From Verrucomicrobiota bacterium (GTDB lineage Bacteria > Verrucomicrobiota > Verrucomicrobiia > Limisphaerales > AAA164-E04), in assembly GCA_047947115.1 (NCBI GenBank), contig CP170459.1, positions 1,440,001 through 1,504,000 on the forward strand: DNA of 64,000 bases, read 5' to 3'. The notes beneath the pieces were generated by a model that ran no database searches, was not told the origin of the DNA, and saw only the letters and a program-made list of their open reading frames with translations. Position 1 is the first letter of the stretch; the number at the start of each line of letters is the position of its first letter. Positions 48,278 through 57,886 of the stretch are shown here, one piece after another. Position numbers and translations under genes: made by a program.

Positions 48278-49705
48278 TCATTCCCACGTCCTTTCGACGT
48301 TTTCATAAACACCAGTGGGGACCAACTGTTCTTTTCCTGAATTGTTTTGGAAATGAACATGCCCTCTCAGGATCACTCCTTCTTCGAAAGTGAGGGGGCC
48401 GCTGACGGTCAGGGAGTCGCAATCCACCAACGATGGAACCGCCCGGCCGAAGCGTTTGTCAAAGTCCTGAATGGTCTTGTAGTGTGAAGGATCCAGTTTG
48501 ACCAGTGGAGGAATGCCTGCCCGTGTGGCATCCAGAATCAGGCAGTGATTCGCGGTGATGGTATAGGCGTCCGAACGAAGTGCCAACAGATCCGAAGTTG
48601 TTTTGACCGGAGAAAATCTTGTTCGATCAACTTCTATCGCGCAGGTCTGATCGAAGCAGGCGATGGCGGCGCCCATGGCCGATTCCAACTGGAGGACTTT
48701 TTGGGAATTGGGATCCTTTGGATCCACGGTTTTTTTGTTTTGGATCAGTGGCAACTGGAATACGCCTTCTTGCTGATCCAGTGCTTCTTTCAATCTATCG
48801 AGTCGGATCCATAGATTGTTCGTGTTGAAGTAACGGTGTCGATCGATGTCTTGAAATGAAGCGATATCATTCTCAGGGCACTGCGCAGACTCCCGGAGGA
48901 TCAGGTGTCCGTCGGATTTGCGTTGGGCCAGGTGGCCGCCCTTCCTGTCGGAAGTTGTGCGGCGCGCCACTTCCATCATGAAGGCGTTTCCTGACTCGGC
49001 GAAGTGTGCCAGTAATCCTGGGTGAATGGTGGCACCAAGATTGTCTGAATTGGAAACGAAGGCATAGATGATACCCCGCTCCAGCAAGCTTTCCAACAGG
49101 CCTTCGGCCATGAGTGATGTGTAAAGGTCACCATGCCCCGGAGGGCACCACTCCAAATCCGGGTTTGATTCATGAGCCACCGGTTCAAGGGTTTCTGCGT
49201 CCAGCTTGGGCACCATTCCCTGAAGAAAATCCAGTTTCTGATCTCCATTGCTCAGTTCGGGAAATTTCTCAAGATAGTGTAATGTGTCCCGGCGGGTGCT
49301 GAAACTGTTCATCAGGTAAAAGGCCGGCCGGTCCGATTTGGATTTTCCCCTAAGCTCCAGGGCCTGCCGGGCAATGAAATCGAGAAAGGTTTCCTCACCT
49401 TTCACCTGCATGAGAGATTTGGCGCGATCCAGTCCCATGCCGGTTCCGAGTCCCCCATTCAGCTTGATGCAGACCAATTGTTGCAGCCGTTCAGTATCCA
49501 GCTGTGAAGCGTTCTCAAGATCTTCCAGTCGAATCAAATCCCGCGCAGGTACGATCGAGTCTTCGGGAATGAAACCCGAGTTCCCCGTTGCAACTTGTGC
49601 AACGGAAGCAAGGTATGTTTCGATTCGAGAGGTGGCAATGCCGGCTTGCCGCATTTTCAGGGTGATGCTCTCTTGAATGAATTGAATGTCCGGGGTGGTT
49701 TTCAT
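48278..49705 (-). CDS. UTP--glucose-1-phosphate uridylyltransferase, UDPGP (eukaryote-like) family
   Basis: KLNGGLGTGMG, MNSFST, WCPPGHGD, SNSDNLGA, FNTNNLW, RFSPVKTTSDLL. Confidence 0.92.
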   Translation of the reverse strand: MKTTPDIQFIQESITLKMRQAGIATSRIETYLASVAQVATGNSGFIPEDSIVPARDLIRLEDLENASQLDTERLQQLVCIKLNGGLGTGMGLDRAKSLMQVKGEETFLDFIARQALELRGKSKSDRPAFYLMNSFSTRRDTLHYLEKFPELSNGDQKLDFLQGMVPKLDAETLEPVAHESNPDLEWCPPGHGDLYTSLMAEGLLESLLERGIIYAFVSNSDNLGATIHPGLLAHFAESGNAFMMEVARRTTSDRKGGHLAQRKSDGHLILRESAQCPENDIASFQDIDRHRYFNTNNLWIRLDRLKEALDQQEGVFQLPLIQNKKTVDPKDPNSQKVLQLESAMGAAIACFDQTCAIEVDRTRFSPVKTTSDLLALRSDAYTITANHCLILDATRAGIPPLVKLDPSHYKTIQDFDKRFGRAVPSLVDCDSLTVSGPLTFEEGVILRGHVHFQNNSGKEQLVPTGVYENVERTWE

Positions 49706-49763
49706 ATTGCTTGGCTCTTCGGAATACACTCTGCGGGTACCTTGCCTGATGATGTCGGTTCTC

Positions 49764-50684
49764 TCAAGTTGAAAGCCGGCTGCGCTTGATCCATTTAAGA
49801 TCGGCCAGCCCCAAAAGCACACCGGTCATTACAAACAGCATCGCTCCCCAGAAGGTGGCGGTCACGGTCTCATTCAGAAAAATCCAGCCGCATAAGACCG
49901 TGGTCAACGGGATCAAATTCACGAACAGCATCACCCGGCTGGTTGGCCATTGCTTGAGGGCGTTGGTCCACAGGGCGAATGCAATTACGCCTGCCGCGAT
50001 GATGGAGTAAATCTGTGCGGACCATAGTTTGATCTGCATCGGAATGTCCTGGGTGCATTGGTCGTAAATTGCAAAGGGCAACAGCCAGACGAAAGTTCTT
50101 ACGAAGTTGTGCCCGTTGATCTGGGCACTAGACAGTCGATGCCCGAAGCCTCGGCAAACCCGGCTGTAAACTGTCCAGAGAACGGATGCCAACAATCCCA
50201 GTCCGTTGCCGATCCAGTTGGAGCCTTGGTCAGTCGGAGTGGATTTAAACAGGATGGCAACGCCGCACAAGGTCAGGAAGGCTGCGGCAAAGCGCTTGAT
50301 TAATTCCAGTCGCTCCACCTGTTTGATCTCCCATAACAGTGCCCAGACTGGAGACGTGGCGAACAGCAATCCCATATTGGCTGCCGTGCTGTATCGGAGC
50401 GCCCAGATGAAACTCAGGATGTAGGCGGTAAAAATCAGGCTACCTTTCCACCAGAGGGCTCGGTTCAGATCGGAGCTGACAGGTTGATAAGCTCCAAACC
50501 ATCTGGTGTAGCGGGCCAGCAGGAGCAGCAGTGCGCCCGAAATGAGGAATCGTGTGCAACTGGTCCAGACCGGGGGCCACCGGTCGACCAGATACTTCGT
50601 CGCAACGTTGTTGCCTCCCCACAGGAAAACAGCCACGACCAATCCGGTCACAATGTTGGTGGAATGATTCGATCCCTCTCGCAC
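49764..50684 (-). CDS. DMT/EamA family transporter
   Basis: About 10 TM in two EamA-like halves; LWG..N..ATK, RF motifs. Confidence 0.85.
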   Translation of the reverse strand: MREGSNHSTNIVTGLVVAVFLWGGNNVATKYLVDRWPPVWTSCTRFLISGALLLLLARYTRWFGAYQPVSSDLNRALWWKGSLIFTAYILSFIWALRYSTAANMGLLFATSPVWALLWEIKQVERLELIKRFAAAFLTLCGVAILFKSTPTDQGSNWIGNGLGLLASVLWTVYSRVCRGFGHRLSSAQINGHNFVRTFVWLLPFAIYDQCTQDIPMQIKLWSAQIYSIIAAGVIAFALWTNALKQWPTSRVMLFVNLIPLTTVLCGWIFLNETVTATFWGAMLFVMTGVLLGLADLKWIKRSRLST

Positions 50685-50719
50685 TTCCCGAGTAAGCGTG
50701 AAGAGGGAGCAAGAGACAA

Positions 50720-51469
50720 CTAGAAATAACGTTTCAGATTTCTTGGCGACAGATCCCGGAGATTCAGAAGTGTCAGGAAATCAATCGTCCCGAAGGATTG
50801 GTCGAGGGCGGGAGGCCCGCAAATACGCGCTCCCACCGTCAGATAAGCCCGTAATAATTTCGGGATGTCCGGTCTGATGGTCAATGCTTCCTTGGACACG
50901 CATGCAAATTCAGGATGCGGATAGGTGGAGAGATGGCGGGGGGCGTGAAATCGCTCGCTCAGCATGCGATAAGCCTCCAGCCCTTCTGCCGGATTCTGGG
51001 AAGTCAGTGAGCTGCACCCAATCAGGTGGCACAGGTCATGCACACGCGCGTAGCAGGCAATCCCCTTCCACAGCAGGCTCAGGCTTGACAGGTTTCGGTG
51101 GGATTTGTGCACGCAGGCCCTGCCCAATTCCAACACCTGATGCCGAATCGCTTCATAAGGCGTGAAGTCGAATTCCTGCTCGCTGTAATAGCCCAGGTTT
51201 TGGGCTGCTGTTGTACCGGATTGAAGTCGGTAGGTGCCGATGACCTGTTGGCTTGCCTTATGCCGGACGATCAGGTGATCGCAGACGCTGTCAAAAGGGT
51301 CCGCATCGAGCCCTGTTTCGTAAGCACTTGATAATCCTTCTTTTAATTCCAGATTAAAGACCTCGAAACGAAGCCTCTGAGCCTGTTCCAGATCATCGGT
51401 GGATTGTGCCAGTGTACATGTGTAATGTTCGGCTTCAATCTGTCGAAACCATGGAGTGGAAAGCTTCAT
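50720..51469 (-). CDS. GNAT N-acyltransferase (OlsB-like, ornithine lipid type)
   Basis: QRLRFEVF..E, DPFDSVCDHL, IGTYRL, LELGRACVH, PKLLRAYL..GA.ICGPPALD. Confidence 0.85.
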   Translation of the reverse strand: MKLSTPWFRQIEAEHYTCTLAQSTDDLEQAQRLRFEVFNLELKEGLSSAYETGLDADPFDSVCDHLIVRHKASQQVIGTYRLQSGTTAAQNLGYYSEQEFDFTPYEAIRHQVLELGRACVHKSHRNLSSLSLLWKGIACYARVHDLCHLIGCSSLTSQNPAEGLEAYRMLSERFHAPRHLSTYPHPEFACVSKEALTIRPDIPKLLRAYLTVGARICGPPALDQSFGTIDFLTLLNLRDLSPRNLKRYF

Positions 51470-51709
51470 GTGTTCAGAAACGGATGGAATCCGTTTGGCT
51501 CGGGACGAGTCCTGATAAGAGTTGGGTAAGTTTCATTGTCTTTGCATCCATTGGACACGCGGTGAGTTATATGGTCTATGTGTGATTTTTTGTCCACCTA
51601 ATTTCGTAATTCTTTGCGGCAGGTAAATGGAGGATGCGTTACAGATCAGCAATAATTGAATGGTGAGAAAGATCGAACCTTCCCGTCGGGTAGATGGGAC
51701 CGTCCCGGT

Positions 51710-51917
51710 CAGGTAGATCGGACCGTCCCGGTCCGCACCTTGTGGCATCGCTGCTTAAATAAGCTACCCCAAGGAAAACCCAACCGCCTTCGAACCCCAA
51801 TACTTTTTTGCACGTTCACCAAGGACGCAGGTCATTGAAAACCGCAGGCTTCCCAAAGCGGAAATTGATTGGAATTCGTATGCCACAAGGGCGCGCCAGG
51901 GACGGCACGCACTACCT
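51710..51917. repeat. 208-bp REPIN/MITE-like element, copy 2, within a cluster of GGTAG REP units (about 51689-52072)
   Basis: Match to 46041-46248; additional GGTAGAT(C/G)GGACCGTCCCGGTC units at 51689 and 51931. Confidence 0.85.
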
Positions 51918-52080
51918 TGAGTGAACTGCGGGTAGATCGGACCGTCCCGGTCCGCCCGCTACCGCCAACTGCGCGGATGTTGGGTTGTTGGATGCCAAGG
52001 GGTTTTCCTTGAGAGGTGAAAAACAGGGAATGGAGGCCATGAGGATTGCGTGCCAAGACGCCACGTTCTACCTGTCCCCC

Positions 52081-52116
52081 AACAAAAATGCCGGCGGGAA
52101 GGGTTCCCGCCGGCAT
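52081..52116 (-). terminator. Rho-independent terminator of the Calx-beta/Ig gene
   Basis: 13-bp stem ATGCCGGCGGGAA/TTCCCGCCGGCAT with a T-run on the minus strand. Confidence 0.8.
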
Positions 52117-52156
52117 CTGGCTTGGCTTTGGTTTTTATGGACTGAGGGAGAAACTT

Positions 52157-55100
52157 TTATTCCTCGTTGGGCAAACCTTCAGGTGCTTTGCGGACCCGGT
52201 AGTATTGTCCTCTGCGTTGACCGGGCTTGTCGGCTACGATGTCCAGTGCGCCTTCTTCACTGACACCAGTGCCAATCACTTCCCATTCTTCCAGGTTGTC
52301 CGATACTTCCATGACATAACCTTCACCTGGCACTGCAGGCAGACGCAGGTGAATGCTACCGTCATCCAGAATCGATACACCCTTGCGGCCGGGATTATTG
52401 TCACTGATCACCACCGTGGCGGCGCCGGCGCGTCCTATGTTGTAGGTGTCGACAGGTTCCAGTACCAGAATGGCGGTTTCCAGACCTTCTTCCATGTCAT
52501 CCAGGATGGGCGACAGTTCCAGAGTAGCCCACCGCTTTTGGGCTTCGATGATGACGGAACCTTCCAGGAGTGTGTAGTCCAGTCCGTTTTCCGCGGTGCC
52601 TTCCATGCGGTAAGCAACCTTCAACTCGGTGTCCGTTTTGCCGGTGCGGCGAATGCGGAACTTGGCGGTGTTGCCGTTGGGACTGCCGTTGCCATTGCCG
52701 TTACCGGTGGCTTCCGATGCGAAGGCATCCTTGGCGAACACGGTGACTTCCGGTTTTTCATTGTCTCCGATGACTTCAACTTTGGTTCGGCGCGACATGA
52801 GGGTGGCTCCGTCGTTGTCGGTGACTTCCAGTGCGATGTCATACTTGCCGGCTTCCACATTTTCCCAGAGGAAATCAAAGGTCTGACTTTGACCGGGATC
52901 AGGCGCCACGATGAAGTTGATCGTTCCTTCATGGACCACTTCGTCGTTGGCAAGGAATCTGAACGCTCCGATCCATCCGTCAGCATCGACCGCTTCACCG
53001 GTCAATTGAATGCTGGCAGGGGCCTGGAATTTTTCGTTGTTGAACGGTGTGATCATGCTCACCTTCGGCGCGATGTTTCGATCCCGATCATTGTCGAAAA
53101 TATTCAGACGTGCCGCATCCTGACGTCCCACTTGGTAACAATCCGGTGAGGGTGGGAAGATGGCGATGCACTGGATGTCTTCCAGGAGCAGTACGACCTG
53201 TTCCACTCCTTCCACGTCATTGTCTTCCAGAGGAATGACGGACACCTGCACTTCGCTCATGCCTTCCGGGATGGTGACCATGCCGCTCAGGTGTTCGTAG
53301 TCCAGACCGTTTACACCTGCTCCACGCATTTGATAATGCACAGCCAGAGCGTTGGAAAGGTCACCCTGACGCCAGATGAGGAAGGAACCGGGATTTGGGT
53401 CTTCACCGGCGCCCGTTTCTGAGGCTTTGCCGTCATCGACTTTGACTTGGACGAGCGTCAGGCCGTCGGTGTTTCCGCCGTTTCCATTACCGTTGCCGTT
53501 GCCGTTGCCATTTCCATTTCCATTTCCATTGTTGCCATCGTCGCTGTCCGATTTGTCGCGGACCTGGACGATTACGGGGCGGGAGCGTCCGATTTTACCT
53601 TCATCATCGGTGACTTCGGCATGCAATTCATATTTGCCAACCGGCACATCCGACCAGACCAGTGAGTAGTGTTGGTCTTCTCCGTCTTCCGGAGGGCGAA
53701 TAAACGTGAGAAACTGTTCGCCTATTTTTCTGCCGTTGGCAAAGAAGGCTGCCTGGGAGGTCCATCCGTTTTGATCCTTGGCTTCCACTTCAATCCTGAT
53801 TTCAGCGGGAGCTCTGAAGGCGTCTCCGTTATCGGGTGATTCGATTTTCACGACGGGGGCAGGGTTGTCGTCTTGATCATTGTCGCGAATCTCCACCTTT
53901 GCAGTGGTGTGCTGGCCCAGTTGATAGCAATCGGCGGGCGGAGGGAAGATGGCGATACAGATTGCCGGCAGCAACTCGAGAACCACTGTTTCGGTGGGTT
54001 CGGTCTGGTTGTCGTCCTTGGGAACGAGTTGCAGTCGGACGTTGTTCACACCTGCCGGGATTTCGATGGTGCCGGACAGGGGGGTGAAGTCGTCACCGCT
54101 GGTGGCGGTGCCACTCAATCGATATGCAACATTCAGCGCCACGTCCTTGTTGCCGGACCGGCGGAACATCCAGGTGGCTGCATTGACTTTTTCCGGACGG
54201 TTGTCCTCTCCGTCGTTCTTTTGACGGAATCCCTCGGTGGCAATGGGGTCGGTGGCGAATACTTCCACCAATGGAGCGCGTGTGGCACCCTGGACGGATA
54301 CTGTGATGGATTCCGAGCGGGCGCTTTCGCCGTTTTTGTTGGTCGCCACTGCTGTCAGATTGTGTCGACCGGTGGTCAGATTGCTCAGTTTGGTGGACCA
54401 GATCGGGCTCTTGCCCCGGCCGTTGCGTTCCAGTTTTGCAACGGGTTCATCGCCCGAGTAGAGTACGACTGAATCGACATCGTTTTTACCTTCCTCCAGT
54501 TTGACCACGACATTGATATTGTGATTGGACGGGAATACCGATCCGTTGCGTGGTGAAAGGATGGCCAGTGAGGTGGGCAATGTTTCTCCGTCCTCGCCGG
54601 TGCCGTCCAAAATGGTTACTTCCGCCTGGTGCGATTCCCCCAGGGCGTAGCACTTGTGGGCATCATCACGATCCAATTCACATTCTCTGGGAATCAAGGT
54701 CAGAATGACATTTTCAGGGCCTTCGCGGAGTTGGTCGTCTAGAGGTTTGATCTCGACGCGGACGCTGGCAACGCCTTTATCCATCAGGATCGAATGTTCC
54801 AGTTCGGCATAATCTTTGCCATTCTGTGCACGGCCGCTCAACCGGTAGGCGACTTCGATGGCATGGTCCATGGGGCCTTCACGGCTGATGACGAAGAAGC
54901 CGGGATCACCGCCCACTGCTGCTTCCGCCAGGGTGAGGGACCTTGGTTTTACCTTGTTTTGAGGGGCTGGGTTCTCCGGGCGATTGGCGTTGCCCTGTCC
55001 GTTGCCGTTCTTTCCTCGATCATCGCCATTTTTCTCGCCTTTATCTCCTTCATTATCGGAATCGAGATCCACATTTGCCATCAACGTGGGTTCGGTGGCT

Positions 55101-56248
55101 TCGGGATCTTCAGCGTGGACGGAGACGATGGAGGGTTCTTCTTTTGACAGAACGTGGAACACATGGGGTTGTGAATCGGTATAGGCTCCTTCATGATCGT
55201 AGGCACGTGCCACAATTTCATAGCGGCCCGGGCCTAGGTTTTGCCAGAACTGCTTGTAGAGGTTGGGTTGTTCGAAGTTGCCGGATATGATCAGCTCGGT
55301 TCCTTCGAAGAACTCCACACGTTCGATTTGGCCATCCGCATCCTCAGCCTGCGCGATCAACCAGACACTGGCGGGATCAAGGAATGTTTCTCCCGGCAAG
55401 GGAGAGATCATGGCGATTTTTGGGGGAAGGTTCGGGATGGGGTTTTCGCCATCACGGATGACCGCTTCAGCCACACTCAGGCGTCCCACTTCGTAACAAT
55501 CCTGCGGCATTGGAAAGATGTCTGCGCAAGGTGACGGTTCCAGGATCACCAACACTGACTCATCACCCTCGGGATCCTGGTCGTCCAACGGTTCGAGCAG
55601 GACTACTGTGGACCGTTCACCCGCTGGAATGGTGACAACATTGGACATGGGCAGATAATCCAGTCCGGCTTCCGCGGCGCCTTCTGTTCGGAAATAGACA
55701 TCCAGTTCATGATCTACCGAGCCTGTGCGTGTAATGGTGAACTCCGCCGTGTCGATCAAAGTATCGCCATCTTTGGGTTCACTTGCTTCCGGATCGGTGG
55801 CGGAAACGGTCACAACGTTGACCGGGATGCTTTCGACGATGGTGAAGGAAACGAGTTCGGATATGGATTCCGTGCCGTTTTCATCCCGTGCGGTGACTTG
55901 GACGGTGTGGTTTCCGCCGCGCAGGTTTTCCCAGTCGAAGCGAAAAGGGCCGATGGGGGTTTCGGGTGTCAATAATTGAGGGGGAATCAGGTTGAGCGGT
56001 TCATCCACGGTTCCCAGAGAGGTCCCGTCTCCCACAAATTCCATGCTGACACTGGCTTGTCCGACTCGATCCACCTCCGCGAAGATGGTCAGGTCACGCG
56101 GTCCTTCCAGAACGACTCCGTTGCCAGGACTGGTAATGCGGGCTGCGGGTGGAGCCGTTTGCTCTTCCTGAGCCCATGCAGATACGCCGACACCCATGCT
56201 CATCAGCAGGGCGGCGAGTTTTCTCGACAGTTGGTTGTTGTATTTCAT
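52157..56248 (-). CDS. Large secreted protein with five alternating Ig-like and Calx-beta-like domain pairs, GN-rich linkers and a C-terminal beta module
   Basis: Signal peptide; repeats P.v.i.sP.ng..f (Ig-like) and V.V.A.D..A.E..F.i.R.G....l.V.y...G.A..G.DY (Calx-beta); AGGAG RBS. Confidence 0.85.
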   Translation of the reverse strand: MKYNNQLSRKLAALLMSMGVGVSAWAQEEQTAPPAARITSPGNGVVLEGPRDLTIFAEVDRVGQASVSMEFVGDGTSLGTVDEPLNLIPPQLLTPETPIGPFRFDWENLRGGNHTVQVTARDENGTESISELVSFTIVESIPVNVVTVSATDPEASEPKDGDTLIDTAEFTITRTGSVDHELDVYFRTEGAAEAGLDYLPMSNVVTIPAGERSTVVLLEPLDDQDPEGDESVLVILEPSPCADIFPMPQDCYEVGRLSVAEAVIRDGENPIPNLPPKIAMISPLPGETFLDPASVWLIAQAEDADGQIERVEFFEGTELIISGNFEQPNLYKQFWQNLGPGRYEIVARAYDHEGAYTDSQPHVFHVLSKEEPSIVSVHAEDPEATEPTLMANVDLDSDNEGDKGEKNGDDRGKNGNGQGNANRPENPAPQNKVKPRSLTLAEAAVGGDPGFFVISREGPMDHAIEVAYRLSGRAQNGKDYAELEHSILMDKGVASVRVEIKPLDDQLREGPENVILTLIPRECELDRDDAHKCYALGESHQAEVTILDGTGEDGETLPTSLAILSPRNGSVFPSNHNINVVVKLEEGKNDVDSVVLYSGDEPVAKLERNGRGKSPIWSTKLSNLTTGRHNLTAVATNKNGESARSESITVSVQGATRAPLVEVFATDPIATEGFRQKNDGEDNRPEKVNAATWMFRRSGNKDVALNVAYRLSGTATSGDDFTPLSGTIEIPAGVNNVRLQLVPKDDNQTEPTETVVLELLPAICIAIFPPPADCYQLGQHTTAKVEIRDNDQDDNPAPVVKIESPDNGDAFRAPAEIRIEVEAKDQNGWTSQAAFFANGRKIGEQFLTFIRPPEDGEDQHYSLVWSDVPVGKYELHAEVTDDEGKIGRSRPVIVQVRDKSDSDDGNNGNGNGNGNGNGNGNGNGGNTDGLTLVQVKVDDGKASETGAGEDPNPGSFLIWRQGDLSNALAVHYQMRGAGVNGLDYEHLSGMVTIPEGMSEVQVSVIPLEDNDVEGVEQVVLLLEDIQCIAIFPPSPDCYQVGRQDAARLNIFDNDRDRNIAPKVSMITPFNNEKFQAPASIQLTGEAVDADGWIGAFRFLANDEVVHEGTINFIVAPDPGQSQTFDFLWENVEAGKYDIALEVTDNDGATLMSRRTKVEVIGDNEKPEVTVFAKDAFASEATGNGNGNGSPNGNTAKFRIRRTGKTDTELKVAYRMEGTAENGLDYTLLEGSVIIEAQKRWATLELSPILDDMEEGLETAILVLEPVDTYNIGRAGAATVVISDNNPGRKGVSILDDGSIHLRLPAVPGEGYVMEVSDNLEEWEVIGTGVSEEGALDIVADKPGQRRGQYYRVRKAPEGLPNEE

Positions 56249-56284
56249 AATCATCTTACTCCTGATTTTGCAAAACAGAGAACA

Positions 56285-56300
56285 TGCAGACGCCATGCCA
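56285..56300 (-). promoter_or_regulatory. Putative sigma54 (-24/-12) promoter
   Basis: Minus strand TGGCATGGCGTCTGCA = GG-N10-GC, about 35 nt upstream of the start codon. Confidence 0.5.
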
Positions 56301-56333
56301 TATCAATTTTTAGAAAATCGAAAATTCCTTCGG

Positions 56334-57791
56334 ATGCCCGCTCTATGGTGCGGATTTCTGGTTTGCCTGTTTGGCTTGACCGGAGACGAATCACAAGCTG
56401 CGGATGCACAGCGTGTTCGGATTGCGTGCCTGGGGGACAGTATTACCCAGGGTGCGCGTGTTGATGAGGAGACGCAATCGTATCCATCTCGTCTGCAGGA
56501 GCTTCTGGGAGACCGGTATGAGGTGGGTAACTTTGGGGTAGGTGGCGCCACGCTGCTGCGCTCGGGGCGTCCCAATATCTGGTCCAAGCTGGACGAGGTA
56601 ACATCTTTCAACCCTCATGGCGTCATTATCTCCTTGGGGACCAACGACACGGTCGACGGAAACCGCGGCAATTGGTCAAGGATCCGGCGTTTCGAACCGG
56701 ATTGTCTGGAGTTGCTTGAAACACTGCTGGCGCTGCCGGCTCAACCTCAGATTTGGCTGTGTGGTCCGACCTCCATGGTCCTTGAAACCCCGGACCTCAG
56801 CGAGGATCGACGGGCCAATTTGGAGGAGCGTCGGCCTAGATTGGAACAACTTCGAGCGGTTTTGAGGCGAACCGTGGAAACATTCGATCATCCGCGTGTT
56901 CATTTTCTGGATTTGGGACCGGTATTACACGGTCAGCCCGAGTTGCTGACCAAAGAAGACGGAGTGCATCCCAATGTGGAGGGCTACCTTGCCATCGCTC
57001 GGAACGTGACTCAAGCCGTGCGAAAAGGTTATCAGGATCAGTGGCCTGAAGAAAAGGTGGACCATTGGCACGGATATCGGCGACATCATTTTATGGTGGC
57101 TGGGCAATCAGCCTGGGTGGTTCGTCCCTTGAAAGCGGCTCCAAACAGGCCATGGATCTGGCGGGCTCGTTTTCCGGGGTTTCATGCCGAAATGGATCGC
57201 CAGATGATCGGTCACGGTTTTCACGTCGCCTATGTGGATGTGGCCGGACTTTACGGTAACGCACGCGCCATGGAGATTGGCGATGCCTTATATACTCGGT
57301 TGACGCAGGATCATCAGCTTTCGCCCACTCCCGTGCTGGAAGGAGTCAGTCGCGGTGGTTTATTTGTTTACCATTGGGCCGCCCGTCATCCGGAATCAGT
57401 CAGCGCCATCTATTGTGACACCCCGGTGTGTGATCCTCGCAGTTGGCCTGGGGGCAGGGGAAGTGGGATCGGATCGCCGGGGGATTGGAATCGTTTCATG
57501 GAAGTGAACCAGTTGAAGTCGTATCAGATGGACACTTTCGAGCCCGAGACGTTTGAAAAAGCCGCCGTGATAGCAGGCGCCCGGATTCCCGTCATGCATG
57601 TGATTTCTGAGAATGACACCGTCGTTCCTCCTTCTGAAAACACCCTGGTCTTAAAGACCAGGCTGGAGGCATTGGGGCACGGGATGGAATTGATTCGTGT
57701 ACCTTTTGGGACGGAACCATCCCACGGCCATCACTTCACACACCCGGAGCCGGATCGGGTGGTTCGGTTTATGTTGAACCATGCCAAATGA
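56334..57791 (+). CDS. Secreted SGNH/GDSL hydrolase fused to an alpha/beta hydrolase domain
   Basis: CLGDSITQG, LGTND, DGVHP; then PWIWRARF, EGVSRGG, DTVVP, HGHH. Confidence 0.85.
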   Translation: MPALWCGFLVCLFGLTGDESQAADAQRVRIACLGDSITQGARVDEETQSYPSRLQELLGDRYEVGNFGVGGATLLRSGRPNIWSKLDEVTSFNPHGVIISLGTNDTVDGNRGNWSRIRRFEPDCLELLETLLALPAQPQIWLCGPTSMVLETPDLSEDRRANLEERRPRLEQLRAVLRRTVETFDHPRVHFLDLGPVLHGQPELLTKEDGVHPNVEGYLAIARNVTQAVRKGYQDQWPEEKVDHWHGYRRHHFMVAGQSAWVVRPLKAAPNRPWIWRARFPGFHAEMDRQMIGHGFHVAYVDVAGLYGNARAMEIGDALYTRLTQDHQLSPTPVLEGVSRGGLFVYHWAARHPESVSAIYCDTPVCDPRSWPGGRGSGIGSPGDWNRFMEVNQLKSYQMDTFEPETFEKAAVIAGARIPVMHVISENDTVVPPSENTLVLKTRLEALGHGMELIRVPFGTEPSHGHHFTHPEPDRVVRFMLNHAK

Positions 57792-57886
57792 GCAGGAGCG
57801 AGTTGATTGGTCGTTTTTTCACCGTTTTTTTTGTGAATCCCTCCTCGATTATTTGCGTTCTTCTCGAATCTGAGTAAACTATTTCC

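Noticed and set aside
46249..51709. Segment between the two 208-bp repeats as a composite transposon
   Set aside because: No transposase, no evident target duplication, and the cargo is housekeeping-like
52046..53149. 367-aa plus-strand ORF and similar long antisense ORFs (12001-12675, 25884-26600, 40476-41141, 57731-58858, 60490-61329, 62333-63491)
   Set aside because: Shadows of well-supported genes on the opposite strand, with no recognisable motifs
53476..53540. Hexamer-like repeat as a phase-variable tract
   Set aside because: Encodes an in-frame (GN)n linker with varied synonymous codons; length change would not shift the frame
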